Below, one piece after another: positions 33,535 through 44,216 of a DNA stretch of 64,000 bases. Under the pieces are notes generated by a model, which had not been told where the DNA came from, searched no databases, and was given only the letters and a program-made list of their open reading frames with translations. Origin of the DNA: Bacteroidales bacterium (lineage in GTDB: Bacteria > Bacteroidota > Bacteroidia > Bacteroidales > WCHB1-69); contig JAFXTE010000035.1 in NCBI GenBank assembly GCA_017525245.1, forward strand, positions 2,497 to 66,496, given 5' to 3'. Numbering within the stretch: position 1 is the first letter of the stretch; every line of letters begins with the position of its first letter. The translations under genes were made by a program, and so were the position numbers.

Positions 33535-34875
33535 TCCAATTATTCCCGATATCAGAATCACTATCAGGGCAATTGGGGCGACGAATCGCAGGATGAAGTA
33601 GTAAAGCTCGAAAAGTTTCCCTTTCAGCGCGCCGCCGTTAGTGATTTCGTCTTTGACTTCGACTTTCGGGTAGAACCAGCCGAGGAAGATGGTCGTTGCC
33701 AGCGCACCGATAGGCATCAGGTAGGAGGCGGTGACGAGGTCGAAGAGGTCGAAGATGGTGCGGTCGAAAAGGGTCCAGTGCTTGATGGGGCCGAACGACA
33801 GGGTGCAGAATATGCCAATGACGAAGATGCTGATCATGCTGATAATCGAGCTTTTGCGACGGCTCCAGTGGAGCTCCTCCACATTGAATGCCACGATGAT
33901 TTCCTGCAGGGAAATGGTGGAAGTGAGTGCGGCAATGCCTAATAACAAGAAGAAGACCGCGGCGAACAATCCGCCCATCGGCATGCTGTTGAAGACGTTG
34001 GGCAGCACCACATAGACGAGTTGCGGACCGCCGGCGGGATCCATGCCGAAGGAGAAGACCGCCGGGAAAATCACCACACCCGCCAATATCGCCACCAAGA
34101 GGTCGCACACGGAAATCCACAAGCTCGTTTTGAACAGCGAATCCTCCTTGCGGATGTAGGAGCCGTAGGTCACCATCGCGCCCATACCGAGACTGAGCGA
34201 GAAGAACGACTGTCCTAACGCGCCTAATACGCCCGCGCCGGTCAGCTTGCTGAAATCGGGCTTGAAAAGGAACTGCAGCCCCTCTTTCGCGCCTGGCAAT
34301 GTCAATGAACGGAAAACCATCAGCAACAGTAAGAAGAAGAGTACCGGCATCAGAATCTTGGAGATCTTTTCAATGCCCTTCTGCACGCCGAAGGAAATCA
34401 CTAACGCGGTGAGTATCAGGAAACAAAATTGATACAGCAACGGCCAGAACGAACCGGCTGTGAAGGAGGCGAAAGCATCGGCGACTTCGTTGGGCGTCAT
34501 CCCCGACAGACGGTTGGTACACGCCATGACGATATAGTTGAGTGTCCAGCCGGCCACCACGCTGTAGAAGGCATAGATGAGGACGGCTCCCAGTATGCTG
34601 AAATAGCCGATTGCAGCCCATCCCTTCTTCCGTTCCAGTTTCTTGTACGCGCCCACCACGTTGCTTTGCGTACGCCGTCCGATGACGAACTCCGTCATCA
34701 TCAGCGGGATGCCGATCATCAGCACGAACAACAGGTTGACGAGCAGGAATGCCCCGCCGCCGTTCTGTCCCAGCATATAGGGATAACGCCAAATATTGCC
34801 AAGTCCGACGGCACCGCCTGCCGCCGCCAAAATCGCTCCTGTGTTCGAGGTGAAACCTCTTGTTTCGTTAGCCAT
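33532..34875 (-). CDS. Sodium-dependent transporter (NSS/SNF family)
   Basis: GLGNIWRYPY signature; multi-TM. Start trimmed to the ATG at 34875 (MANETRGF...). Confidence 0.85.
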   Translation of the reverse strand: MANETRGFTSNTGAILAAAGGAVGLGNIWRYPYMLGQNGGGAFLLVNLLFVLMIGIPLMMTEFVIGRRTQSNVVGAYKKLERKKGWAAIGYFSILGAVLIYAFYSVVAGWTLNYIVMACTNRLSGMTPNEVADAFASFTAGSFWPLLYQFCFLILTALVISFGVQKGIEKISKILMPVLFFLLLLMVFRSLTLPGAKEGLQFLFKPDFSKLTGAGVLGALGQSFFSLSLGMGAMVTYGSYIRKEDSLFKTSLWISVCDLLVAILAGVVIFPAVFSFGMDPAGGPQLVYVVLPNVFNSMPMGGLFAAVFFLLLGIAALTSTISLQEIIVAFNVEELHWSRRKSSIISMISIFVIGIFCTLSFGPIKHWTLFDRTIFDLFDLVTASYLMPIGALATTIFLGWFYPKVEVKDEITNGGALKGKLFELYYFILRFVAPIALIVILISGIIG

Positions 34876-35045
34876 TGCTTGTTTGTTTAAAGTGTATCGT
34901 TTAGCAGTTCTGTCTTTCCGACAGCTGTTGTAAAAAGGTCGGCTTACGCCGGATATGTTCATATTACTACCCCGCCCTTCGGGCACCCCTTCTTAAAAAG
35001 AAGGGGAATGGTCCTTCGACCGTGAAATCCCCCTTATCGTCATGT

Positions 35046-35112
35046 CCTCTTACGTCGTCTCACGTCTCACGTCTCAAGTCTTACGTCTTACGTCTTACGT
35101 CACACGTCTCAC
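35046..35112 (-). repeat. Heptanucleotide tract (GTGAGAC/GTAAGAC units on the minus strand)
   Basis: tcttacgtcgtctcacgtctcacgtctcaagtcttacgtcttacgtcttacgtcacacgtctcac overlaps the last bases of the ABC permease gene. Confidence 0.75.
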
Positions 35113-36440
35113 TTCTCCCGCAGCCACCTGAAAATCGTGCCCCATGACGGCTTCTTCCCGTAGGTCATGATGCCGATGCGATAGACTTTGGCCGCGAACC
35201 AGATGCAGAACACGAGGAAGGCGAGCGCAAGTCCCATCGAGAGAATCAACTCCCAGGCCTGGACGCCGGAGGGAAGCCGCACCATCATGGCGATGGGGGA
35301 GGTGAGCGGAATCATGGAGAGCCAGAACGCTAATGCGCCGTCGGGATTCGTGGAGATGGTCGGCACGAACACGATGGCCAGTATCAACGGGATGGTGATG
35401 GGCATCGTATATTGCTGAGAATCCGATTCGTTATCCACAACGGAGCCGGTGGCAGCGTAGAGGGTTGAGTAGATGAGGTAGCCCACCACGAAGAAGAAAA
35501 TGAATGCGAAGATAATGGTTCCGAACGAGACTGAGAAGTAGTTCTGGATCATCTCGAAGATGTTGTCCGGCGCGATATCTATCGTTGCCGTGTTGGGCAC
35601 GTTGACTCCCGGGGTTTCCGCCATTGTCTCCACGGTGTCGGGGCTGAACAGGTTGGGGGCGGCTACCTGCACGCCGAGCAGGATGCCGACGGAAAGGACA
35701 ACCCATATCGCCAATTGCGTAAGCCCCACCAACGCGATACCCACGATCTTGCCGACTAACAGTTGCGTGGGCTTCACCGAGGAGATCAGCACCTCCACGA
35801 TGCGGTTCGATTTCTCCTCCAACACGCCGCGCAGCACCTGGCTGGCGAACATGATGATGATGAAGTAGATGATAATGCCGCACATCATGCCGAAAATCTG
35901 GTTGACTTCGGCATCATGCTCCTTTTCGCCCCCGTTGTCGTCAATCTGGATGGTGACAGATTCCGCTTTGGCCAAGTTCTGCAGGTTTTCGAAACGGGCC
36001 ATCTCAATGTGCAGCGAATCTCGCAACAATTGGTTGAAGAAGATGTCATCCATCTGGCTTTCTATGTCAGATTGCAGCCCTGACGGCAGGTTCTTTTTAT
36101 AGTAGATGTTGGATTTCAGGGATTGTGTGTTCGCTAAAATTTGCAGAACCACGTCGTAATCCTGGTCGAAGGCCTCTTTCTTGATCTGTTCGATGTCGCC
36201 GGAACGGTAACTGAATGAGTAGTGTTTGTCGTCAGTGAAGTTGTTGATGAAAATCTCGCTTTCATCGACCACGAGGACTTTGGAGAACTTTTTGCTCTCG
36301 CTGAGCTGAACCAGCAGCACGGGCAGCACAATCATAGCCGCCAGCAGCACCGGCATCAGGATGGTGATGATGATGAAGGATTTTTTCTGGATGCGTGTCA
36401 GGTATTCACGCGAAATGATCAGGAGTGTTTTATTCTTCAT
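35109..36440 (-). CDS. ABC-2 type transporter permease (NatB-like)
   Basis: 443 aa, N-terminal TM, large loop, then a C-terminal cluster of about 5 TM helices. Overlaps the upstream ATPase gene by 11 nt. Confidence 0.8.
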   Translation of the reverse strand: MKNKTLLIISREYLTRIQKKSFIIITILMPVLLAAMIVLPVLLVQLSESKKFSKVLVVDESEIFINNFTDDKHYSFSYRSGDIEQIKKEAFDQDYDVVLQILANTQSLKSNIYYKKNLPSGLQSDIESQMDDIFFNQLLRDSLHIEMARFENLQNLAKAESVTIQIDDNGGEKEHDAEVNQIFGMMCGIIIYFIIIMFASQVLRGVLEEKSNRIVEVLISSVKPTQLLVGKIVGIALVGLTQLAIWVVLSVGILLGVQVAAPNLFSPDTVETMAETPGVNVPNTATIDIAPDNIFEMIQNYFSVSFGTIIFAFIFFFVVGYLIYSTLYAATGSVVDNESDSQQYTMPITIPLILAIVFVPTISTNPDGALAFWLSMIPLTSPIAMMVRLPSGVQAWELILSMGLALAFLVFCIWFAAKVYRIGIMTYGKKPSWGTIFRWLREK

Positions 36441-37371
36441 GGCTTGGCTGTTGGTTGGCTTTCTCCACCTGTTCGATGAAAATATCGTTCATGGTGGGCA
36501 TTATTTCGTTAAAGGAATGTATTTCACAATTTTGTGTAAATAATCGCAGAAGTTCGTTGGGAGATTCGCCATCCGGCAGCTTGATGTCGAAGCGGGTATA
36601 ATAGTCGTTTTGGCTTTGGTCGCAGACGGTATATCGACGACTTTGAAGCTCTTGGATGATGTTGTCGGGGCAATTGGAGACTTGGATGGAGAATATATTC
36701 TTCTTGAAGCGTTTTTTCACTTCGTAGATGTCGCCTTCCAAAATCTTGCGGGATCGGTTGATGAGGGCGATGTGGTCGCAGATCTCCTCCACGGAAGCCA
36801 TATTATGGGTGGAAAGGACGATGGTGGCACCTTCTTTTTTCAGTTGGGCGATTTCGTCTTTGAGCAGGTTGGCGTTGATGGGGTCGAAGCCGCTGAAAGG
36901 TTCGTCAAGGATCAGGAACGAAGGCCGGTGCAGAATGGTGGTGATGAACTGCACTTTCTGCTGCATCCCTTTGGAGAGTTCTTCGATGGGCTTGTTCCAC
37001 CATTCCATGATGTTGAACTGCTCGAATTTCGTCCGCAGTCGTTTGTAGGCCTCCTGTTTGTCAAGACCCTTTAGCTGGGCCAGATACATGGCTTGCTCGC
37101 CGGTCTTCATTTTCTTGTAAAGACCGCGCTCTTCGGGAAGATAGCCCATGTCGTAAACGTCATTCTCCGACAAGGGATGTCCTTTGAAGAAAATTTCCCC
37201 TTTGTCGGGGAAGGAGATGCGCATCAGGATGCGGATCAGCGTGGTTTTGCCGGCGCCGTTGGGTCCCAGCAATCCGAACACGCAGCCCTGCGGCACGGAA
37301 ACGGAAATGTCGTCAAGGGCAACATGCTCCGAAAATCGTTTCGTGACATGTTGCACGTCAATAATATTCAT
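36430..37371 (-). CDS. ABC transporter ATP-binding protein
   Basis: Walker A GPNGAGKTT, signature LSKGMQQK and Walker B FLILDEP. Confidence 0.9.
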   Translation of the reverse strand: MNIIDVQHVTKRFSEHVALDDISVSVPQGCVFGLLGPNGAGKTTLIRILMRISFPDKGEIFFKGHPLSENDVYDMGYLPEERGLYKKMKTGEQAMYLAQLKGLDKQEAYKRLRTKFEQFNIMEWWNKPIEELSKGMQQKVQFITTILHRPSFLILDEPFSGFDPINANLLKDEIAQLKKEGATIVLSTHNMASVEEICDHIALINRSRKILEGDIYEVKKRFKKNIFSIQVSNCPDNIIQELQSRRYTVCDQSQNDYYTRFDIKLPDGESPNELLRLFTQNCEIHSFNEIMPTMNDIFIEQVEKANQQPSHEE

Positions 37372-38033
37372 ACGGCAGCGGGATTGTTTTTCTTCTTTTT
37401 CTTTTTCTTGGAACCGGATTGCGGTGTCACATAGAAGGCTGAATTGGCGTTTGCAATGTTCAGCAACTCTTTGGTGTTGATAAAGTTGAAATTTTCGGGA
37501 AGGGTGATTTTCCCACCGGACAGTTCCTCTAACTGATGTTGGATCAGAAGGTCGTTGACTGAATTGCGGTTGTAGGTCAGGTACATCATTTTCAGGTGGT
37601 TCGCCAATGCCGGGGCATAACTTTTCCGGACATCTTCGGGATATTCTGCCACTTTGTTGATGAGGTTCTGCATATTCACCCCGTAGGTGCGGAATCTCAC
37701 CTTGTTCTTGTTGTTGTAGGACGGCTTTTCAAAGGCAACGTCTTTTTTCTCCGGTGACGGCTTGGGATAAGGAGAATCCACATCCAATTGGTAATTGGAC
37801 ATCATGAAAAGATGATCCCACAGCTTGTTCCAGAAATCATCGTTATTGCGGTTGTTTTCGTTACTGTTCTCCTTGGAGTTGATGACATCGCTCATAATCC
37901 GGACGATGGCGTATGCGGTGCGCGTGCGCTCTTTTCTGTCCTCTATGGACACGCATTGCTCAACTAATTTTTGGATATTTCTTCCGTATTCCCTGATTAT
38001 GAGGTTGTTACGTTTGGTATTGTATTCTATCAT
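37368..38033 (-). CDS. DUF4290-like protein
   Basis: MIEYNTKRNNLIIREYGRNIQKLVEQ N-terminus is typical of the Bacteroidota DUF4290 family. 4-nt overlap with the ABC ATPase gene. Confidence 0.7.
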   Translation of the reverse strand: MIEYNTKRNNLIIREYGRNIQKLVEQCVSIEDRKERTRTAYAIVRIMSDVINSKENSNENNRNNDDFWNKLWDHLFMMSNYQLDVDSPYPKPSPEKKDVAFEKPSYNNKNKVRFRTYGVNMQNLINKVAEYPEDVRKSYAPALANHLKMMYLTYNRNSVNDLLIQHQLEELSGGKITLPENFNFINTKELLNIANANSAFYVTPQSGSKKKKKKKNNPAAV

Positions 38034-38126
38034 ATTTAAAAATATGCGTTTTCAAATGAAGTCGCAAAAATAAAATTTTTTTGTTATGGATGGGTATATA
38101 GGACTTTGGGTTGGCGGTATCAAACG

Positions 38127-38154
38127 ATAGAGACGCAAAATTTTGCGTCTCTAC
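38127..38154. repeat. REP-like hairpin (A)TAGAGACG..CGTCTCTAC
   Basis: atagagacgcaaaattttgcgtctctac. Confidence 0.75.
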
Positions 38155-38171
38155 AATGGTATAAAAACATT

Positions 38172-39596
38172 CTATTTTCCTTCGCGTTTCAGGATAATCA
38201 ACACCGTGTATATCAGAATCTTGATATCCATTTGGATGGACATGTTCTCGATGTACAGGAGATCCCAGCGCAGGCGTTCGAGCATCTCATCGACATTCTC
38301 CGCATAACCGAAACGCACCTGTCCCCAGGAGGTGATGCCGGGTTTGATACCAAGCAGCAGTTGGTAGTAGGGGGCGCGTTCCATGATTTTGTCGATGTAG
38401 AACTGACGTTCCGGACGAGGGCCCACCAACGACATCTCGCCGCGCAGCACGTTGAAGAACTGCGGGGTCTCGTCAAGACGGTATTGCCGCATGAATTTCC
38501 CGAACGGGGTGATGCGGCTGTCGTTTTGTGAAGAAAGCATCGGGCCGTCGGCTTCCGCGTTCTCGCACATGGAACGGAACTTGATGATATTGAATGGTTT
38601 GCCTAAATAGCCGATGCGCTCCTGACGGTAAAATATCGGACCGGGAGAAGACCGCTTCACCCCGATGGCCAAGAAAATGTACAAGGGGGTGAGCAGGATG
38701 ATGGCGATCAGGGAAAATACGATGTCGCAGACTCTTTTCACGTACCGCTGCCAGGTGGGCAGGTATTCGGGAGTGACGGAGATGAGCGGCTCGTCAAGCA
38801 CGGAGGAGGTCTTCACCGAACCCAAAAGCATATCCTGTTCTTGGGGCACGAGGCTGACCGTGAGGTTGTGGTTGCGCCGCGCCAACGACAGCACCTGCTG
38901 GATATATTTCCGCTGGCCGTTATGCAAGGCCACGACAATCTCCTCAATGTGCTGTTCCTCAACCACTTTGCGTATGTCTGAAATATTCCCTACGCAGGAA
39001 AGGTGTCCCGTCATCAGGTCGGGCTGGTGGTCGTCCACCCGTATGTATCCAATAAAAAGATGCCCTGACCGTGGGTTCTGTTTCAGCACGGTTTCGTAGG
39101 CTTTCAACGCCATCTCGTCGTTGCCCACAATAAGCGTGTTGAAGCCGATTCTACCATCATGAATCCGGTTGTTGATATAAGAGGTGATGGACAGGCGGGG
39201 AATATAGGTCAGAAAAAACTGGAAAGAAAAGAGGAAAAGCAGGTATTTCACGTAATCGTTGGGTGACGTGACAATATCATCCAGAATAAAGATGAAAAAG
39301 AAGACCAGACAGCCGAAAAGTGTCACACCGATGGTGGTCACCAGCTCGTCAAGGCGAGATTTGCGGTAAATTTTGTTGTAATATCCGAAAAAAGCATGGA
39401 AAAACAGCCAATAGACAGGATACAGCACCAATCCGAGCCAGAATTTGGAGTCTGAGCGCATGGAAACGATGATGTCCTGAAAATCAGCGGCCTCGCCGAC
39501 ATGCTTGCGATACATGTACAACCCAACCCATGTGAGCAGTGCTGCAGCAATATCAAAAAGAACGTATAGGAAGGTTAATTTGGTCTTGTTCATCAT
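38172..39596 (-). CDS. Polyprenyl glycosylphosphotransferase (WbaP/EpsB-type sugar transferase)
   Basis: C-terminal PGPIFYRQERIG...FRSM...DETPQFFNVLRGEMSLVGPRP bacterial sugar transferase domain, with N-terminal TM helices. Confidence 0.85.
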   Translation of the reverse strand: MMNKTKLTFLYVLFDIAAALLTWVGLYMYRKHVGEAADFQDIIVSMRSDSKFWLGLVLYPVYWLFFHAFFGYYNKIYRKSRLDELVTTIGVTLFGCLVFFFIFILDDIVTSPNDYVKYLLFLFSFQFFLTYIPRLSITSYINNRIHDGRIGFNTLIVGNDEMALKAYETVLKQNPRSGHLFIGYIRVDDHQPDLMTGHLSCVGNISDIRKVVEEQHIEEIVVALHNGQRKYIQQVLSLARRNHNLTVSLVPQEQDMLLGSVKTSSVLDEPLISVTPEYLPTWQRYVKRVCDIVFSLIAIILLTPLYIFLAIGVKRSSPGPIFYRQERIGYLGKPFNIIKFRSMCENAEADGPMLSSQNDSRITPFGKFMRQYRLDETPQFFNVLRGEMSLVGPRPERQFYIDKIMERAPYYQLLLGIKPGITSWGQVRFGYAENVDEMLERLRWDLLYIENMSIQMDIKILIYTVLIILKREGK

Positions 39597-39598
39597 GA

Positions 39599-40543
39599 TT
39601 AGGCTGTTCGAATGTAAACTACTTTAACGTCATCGATGTAGTAGCGAGTTTCTTTGCCCTCTTCGCCGACTCCGGCCAGCATTAACGTGAACTCAGTCGA
39701 GTTTCCGGCGGAACCGTAGTTCTCGTTGATGGTGTTGGTCAAGTCGAAATGGATGGTCTTCCACTCATTCGGCGAAGCATTGATGCCCCCGACAGAATAC
39801 CACCTGTGGGGATAGTAGGCTCCCGACATTTTCGCGGAGATATCCATTTTCCCTTCGGTTTTGTAACGGATTTCCAAAACTACCCGGTAACTTCCGACGG
39901 GAACTGGAAATGCCGTGGATTGCACATCGAAATGGAGTCCATTTGCATCGTTGAGGATAATTTCGCCCACATTTTTGTCCTCGTATGCAACAGGCAGGAA
40001 AGTGAGTTCGGCCTGCGTTGGCGAGGGTGAGGGAACAGGGCTGAAAGAGGTGCTGTTCGCGAAAGTCTCGAAATAAGGGAAACGTGCGTATTCGCTATAG
40101 ACGTACTTGGGGCGGTTTTTGGCCACTTCATAGACATGATCTTTCTGCAAGAGCACACGTTGTCTGGTGATGTTGAGGAACGGATAGCCGGATATGGTGT
40201 TTGCCATACCCGACATGGGGAAAGCGGGGATCAGCACCAACGTGCAAGAATCCGTATTGTTCACATCAAGAACAGGCACTTTGCAGGGCAACTCCCAGCA
40301 ACCTAAGTTTTTGTTGTTCACATAGACGTTGACATGCGTGAATTTGTGCCTCGTGAGCGCGACGAGTTGCTCTTGGTCAAAATTCTGGTCATGTGTCTCA
40401 TTGAAGTTACTGATATCAATGCAGTCCTCGAAATCTTCAGGGGTGACCACAATATAGGCAGGGGTCAAATCCGCCCTTTTACAGGAAGAAATCCCTATGA
40501 AAATCAGTAATACGCTTGTAATCAAATATATAAATTTCCTCAT
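39599..40543 (-). CDS. Hypothetical lipoprotein
   Basis: Lipobox FIGISSC. 314 aa. 2-nt gap to the sugar transferase gene. Confidence 0.6.
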   Translation of the reverse strand: MRKFIYLITSVLLIFIGISSCKRADLTPAYIVVTPEDFEDCIDISNFNETHDQNFDQEQLVALTRHKFTHVNVYVNNKNLGCWELPCKVPVLDVNNTDSCTLVLIPAFPMSGMANTISGYPFLNITRQRVLLQKDHVYEVAKNRPKYVYSEYARFPYFETFANSTSFSPVPSPSPTQAELTFLPVAYEDKNVGEIILNDANGLHFDVQSTAFPVPVGSYRVVLEIRYKTEGKMDISAKMSGAYYPHRWYSVGGINASPNEWKTIHFDLTNTINENYGSAGNSTEFTLMLAGVGEEGKETRYYIDDVKVVYIRTA

Positions 40544-40621
40544 AGACTTTTTTCGTCAAACCATAACGAATGGAGTGGTTTAATATTGCATAATTGGAAA
40601 AAAAATCGGATTTTTGCCGCC

Positions 40622-41527
40622 ATGAAAAATAGTGACAATAAAATCGTTCTCGGCTATGTGGCCATTATGTTTGCCATGTTATTTTGGGGCTTGAGTTTTG
40701 TGTGGATTAAATACCTGTTAAACAACAACTTCCCCGTCTTTACTATCGTGTTTATCCGACTGGTTTTGGCTTCGGTAGTTTTTATCACATTGCTAAAATT
40801 GCAAAAAAAATTGCAAAAAATCGCTCGCGAAGATTACAAAGATTTTCTTTTACTCGCTTTTTTTGAGCCTTTTCTCTATTTTATCGGAGAGGATTTCGGG
40901 CTGCAACAGGTGGATGCCAGCTTTGCCGCCGTCATCATCGCGCTTATCCCCATTGTGATTTCCATCACGATGTACTTTTCCGAACATGCGCCTATTCGCT
41001 GGGAGTTCGTGGTGGGTACCGTGATTTCCGTGGTGGGCGTGCTGTTGCTGACTATGAGTACCAACGGACACATCGACTTCAACCTGAAAGGGACGCTTCT
41101 GCTTGGGGTTGCGGTGCTGGCGGCCAGCGGATACAGCGTGCAGCTGACCCGATTGCTCAAGAAATACAATCCCGCTACGGTGACCACATGGCAGAATTTC
41201 ATCGCCATTCCGATGTTCCTGCCGTTTGTCCTCATTTTTGATGTTAAGCATTGGGGAACTTTGACGTGGGATGCCAGCGCGGTATTAAGCCTCGTATGTC
41301 TCGCCCTTTTGTGCTCTGCCTGCGCATATATGTTGTATTCCTATTCAGTTAAGCAGCTGACGGTTTCCAAAACCTGCATCTTCACGAATTTGATTCCCAT
41401 TGTGACGCTTCTCGTGGCGGCGGCTATCGGACAGGAGGTTTTCACACAGACGAAATTCTGGGGTATTGTAGTGATTGTCGCGGGAGTTACGTTTAGTCAG
41501 ATGACGGTGAGGACGGAGAGACGATGA
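40622..41527 (+). CDS. EamA/DMT-family transporter
   Basis: About 10 TM helices arranged as two EamA-like halves. Start trimmed to the ATG at 40622. Confidence 0.75.
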   Translation: MKNSDNKIVLGYVAIMFAMLFWGLSFVWIKYLLNNNFPVFTIVFIRLVLASVVFITLLKLQKKLQKIAREDYKDFLLLAFFEPFLYFIGEDFGLQQVDASFAAVIIALIPIVISITMYFSEHAPIRWEFVVGTVISVVGVLLLTMSTNGHIDFNLKGTLLLGVAVLAASGYSVQLTRLLKKYNPATVTTWQNFIAIPMFLPFVLIFDVKHWGTLTWDASAVLSLVCLALLCSACAYMLYSYSVKQLTVSKTCIFTNLIPIVTLLVAAAIGQEVFTQTKFWGIVVIVAGVTFSQMTVRTERR

Positions 41528-41740
41528 ATGACGATGAGACGATGAATGACGATGAGACGATGAGGCGATGAGACGATGATGCGATGAGACGATGATGCGA
41601 TGAGACGATGATGCGATGAGACGATGAGACGATGAGACGATGAGACGATGAGGCGATGAGACGATGATGCGATGAGACGATGAGACGATGAGACGATGAG
41701 ACAATGAGACAATGAAGGAATGATGAAGGAATGATGAAGT
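41510..41740 (+). repeat. Long heptanucleotide tract (about 30 units, GATGAGAC-type: GACGATG / AGACGAT variants)
   Basis: gagacgatgaatgacgatgagacgatgaatgacgatgagacgatgaggcgatgagacgatgatgcg... fills the whole EamA-to-TonB-receptor intergenic space and runs into both coding ends. Confidence 0.85.
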
Positions 41741-44136
41741 GTAAAAATATATGGACAATAATTGTGATTATCGTTGCGCTGTGTGGTGTGGTACATGCGC
41801 AGGGGGGACGGTATGCGTTGTCGGGGACGGTGCGCGATGCTTCGAACGGTGAGTCCATGATGGGGGTGTATGTCATCATGACGGATGTGAATAACGCCTC
41901 CAATGTGCAAGGATGTGTCACAAATCAGGCTGGGTATTACTCCATAACAACGGTTTCGGGCACGTATAAGGTTACGATTAACCACTTGGGATATAAGACG
42001 TTGGAAGACACCATCACGCTCAACAAAAACCTGTTGCGCCGTTACGAGCTGGAGCCTTCCGCCATTGAGGGCGCGGAGGTGGTGATTAAAGGCGAGCGCG
42101 GGGATGTCAACGTTTCCGGCGGCGATGTGGGGCGGATGGAGTTGAGCATCCAGACCATCAAGGCGTTGCCCGCGCTGATGGGCGAGGCCGACATCATCAA
42201 GTCGGTGCAGCTGCTGCCTGGCGTGCAGTCGGGCGGGGAAGGGAACAGCGGCTTTTATGTTCGAGGCAGCGGCACAGACCAGAACCTTGTCCTCCTTGAC
42301 GAGGCTACCATCTATAACCCTGACCACCTGTTTGGATTCTTCTCCATCTTCAATGCAGACGCGGTGAAAAATATCGAGCTGATCAAGTCCGGGATGCCCG
42401 CCTATTTCGGAGGGCGTGCGGCATCCATCTTGAACGTCTATCAGAAAGAGGGAAACATGAAGCGGTATGAGGTAGATGGCGGTCTCGGGCTGATTTTCTC
42501 GCATCTAACCGTGCAGGGACCCATCAAGAAGAACCGGGCGTCGTTCCTGATTGCAGCCCGCCGCACTTACGCTGATGTCCTCATCCAGCCTTTCCTGAAG
42601 AAAGAATCGCCGATGAAAGGCATGGATTTCTACTTTTACGACATCAATGCGAAGTTCAACATCGTGGTCAATCCGAGACACCGACTCTATTTCGGGGCTT
42701 ACTACGGTCATGACGCATACGGTTTCAAATCGAAGACGCAGCAAACCAAGATGTTGTTCAAATGGGGGAATGCGGCGGCCTCTGCCCGTTGGAACTATAT
42801 CATCGCCAACGGACTTTTCCTCAACACGTCGGCGACCTTCAGCTACTATAATTTCGGAACGAAGATGGAGATTAGCCCTTACTCGTTTGAGTTGACCTCC
42901 GGGGTGCGTGACTACAACGTGAAGAGTGAACTTACTTGGCTACCCACTCCGAAGCATAACGTCCGTTTCGGAGTTCAGAATGTGGTTCACGACTGCATTC
43001 CGGGCCAATTTGACGTTGAGGCGGGCACAGGAATCCATTTCGACATTCCTCCTGTCCAGCATTATATCGGAAACGAATTCAGCTTGTATGCGCATGATGA
43101 ATACGACATCACCAAACATTGGAAACTGAATGCCGGTCTGCGCTACACCAATTTCCATCATTTGGGGCCGTTCACGCGGTACGTTTTGGACGAATTGGGT
43201 CATGTCTCGGACTCGATTCTCTACAAACGCGGTGAATCCATCTCACAATACAATCGTGTGGAGCCGCGCCTTTCGTTGCGCTGGCTCATCGACTCCACCA
43301 CCTCCATAAAAGCTTCGGCGACGCTGAATTACCAGTTCATGCACCAGATTTCCATCGCGAGCATCTCCCTGCCCACCGATGTGTGGATGCCCTCCACCGA
43401 TTTGCTGAAGCCGCAAATGGTGGTGCAGTATTCCCTCGGCGTGTTCAAAAATTTCCGTCAGAACATGTTCGAGACGTATATCGACCTGTATTACAAGCAG
43501 ATGTATAATCTCGCCGAATATCGTGATGGCTTGGATTTCAGTGTTATAACCATCAATCCGGACCAACTGTATGTGTTCGGCAAAGGGTGGGCCGCTGGTG
43601 CGGAATTCTTCGTGAAGAAGTCGAAAGGGCGGTTCACAGGCTTCATCGGTTACACGTTAGCGTTCACCCGCCGGCAGTTCGATGATTTGAACGGAGGGAA
43701 ACCCTTCTGGGCGAAATATGACCGTCGCCACGATGTTTCCATCAGCCTGTCGTACGAGATTCTCCGTAACAAGCTGTCTGTCTCCGCTTTGTGGGTGTTC
43801 CAGTCGGGCAACACCATGACGGTGCCGCTCGGTTATTACCTCTACATGGGCTCCGTCGTGACCGAGTACAGCGGCCGCAACGAGTATCGCGTGAACCCTT
43901 ACCACAGACTCGATCTTGCAGTGGATTGGACCATCAAGAAGACCAGCAAGTTCGAGACTGGGCTTAATTTTTCTGTCTATAATGTATATAATCGCCAGAA
44001 TCCGTTCTTGGTCTTTTTCGAAACGAAGATTGAGACTGGCGAGGGCAATATCACGGACTTTTCCATGCAGAACCACGCTTATCAGATGAGTCTGTTCCCG
44101 ATTATCCCGTCGGTGATGTGGACGTTTAAGTTCTGA
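41731..44136 (+). CDS. TonB-dependent receptor with N-terminal carboxypeptidase-regulatory-like domain
   Basis: Signal peptide, YALSGTVRDASNGESMMGVYV CarbopepD_reg-like segment, plug region, and C-terminal beta-barrel ending in ...VMWTFKF. Confidence 0.85.
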   Translation: MMKCKNIWTIIVIIVALCGVVHAQGGRYALSGTVRDASNGESMMGVYVIMTDVNNASNVQGCVTNQAGYYSITTVSGTYKVTINHLGYKTLEDTITLNKNLLRRYELEPSAIEGAEVVIKGERGDVNVSGGDVGRMELSIQTIKALPALMGEADIIKSVQLLPGVQSGGEGNSGFYVRGSGTDQNLVLLDEATIYNPDHLFGFFSIFNADAVKNIELIKSGMPAYFGGRAASILNVYQKEGNMKRYEVDGGLGLIFSHLTVQGPIKKNRASFLIAARRTYADVLIQPFLKKESPMKGMDFYFYDINAKFNIVVNPRHRLYFGAYYGHDAYGFKSKTQQTKMLFKWGNAAASARWNYIIANGLFLNTSATFSYYNFGTKMEISPYSFELTSGVRDYNVKSELTWLPTPKHNVRFGVQNVVHDCIPGQFDVEAGTGIHFDIPPVQHYIGNEFSLYAHDEYDITKHWKLNAGLRYTNFHHLGPFTRYVLDELGHVSDSILYKRGESISQYNRVEPRLSLRWLIDSTTSIKASATLNYQFMHQISIASISLPTDVWMPSTDLLKPQMVVQYSLGVFKNFRQNMFETYIDLYYKQMYNLAEYRDGLDFSVITINPDQLYVFGKGWAAGAEFFVKKSKGRFTGFIGYTLAFTRRQFDDLNGGKPFWAKYDRRHDVSISLSYEILRNKLSVSALWVFQSGNTMTVPLGYYLYMGSVVTEYSGRNEYRVNPYHRLDLAVDWTIKKTSKFETGLNFSVYNVYNRQNPFLVFFETKIETGEGNITDFSMQNHAYQMSLFPIIPSVMWTFKF

Positions 44137-44216
44137 CGATTTGCGATTTGCGATGAATGACGATGAAACGATGAAACGAGGAAACGATGAGACGATGAGG
44201 CGATGAGAAAGACGAT
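44135..44216 (+). repeat. Heptanucleotide tract (GATGAAAC/GATGAGAC units)
   Basis: gatttgcgatttgcgatgaatgacgatgaaacgatgaaacgaggaaacgatgagacgatgaggcgatgag spans the receptor stop to the fucosidase start. Confidence 0.8.

Noticed and set aside
33430-34890. Plus-strand ORFs of 61-170 aa and the 160-aa and 140-aa minus-strand alternative-frame ORFs (33638..34120, 34370..34792)
   Set aside because: All overlap the NSS transporter gene, antisense or in an alternative frame on the coding strand.
41510-41740. Possible CRISPR array (also considered for the other heptad tracts and for the 33-nt leader motif series)
   Set aside because: The heptad tracts have a 7-nt unit and no spacers. The 33-nt motif copies are separated by 0.3-2.8 kb of coding sequence, not by uniform 30-40-nt spacers. 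No cas genes are present.
41345-42504. Minus-strand ORFs translating as SSSHRLIVSSSHRIIV...
   Set aside because: They are read-through of the heptanucleotide tandem tract and antisense of the TonB receptor 5' end. The periodic peptide is a repeat artefact.
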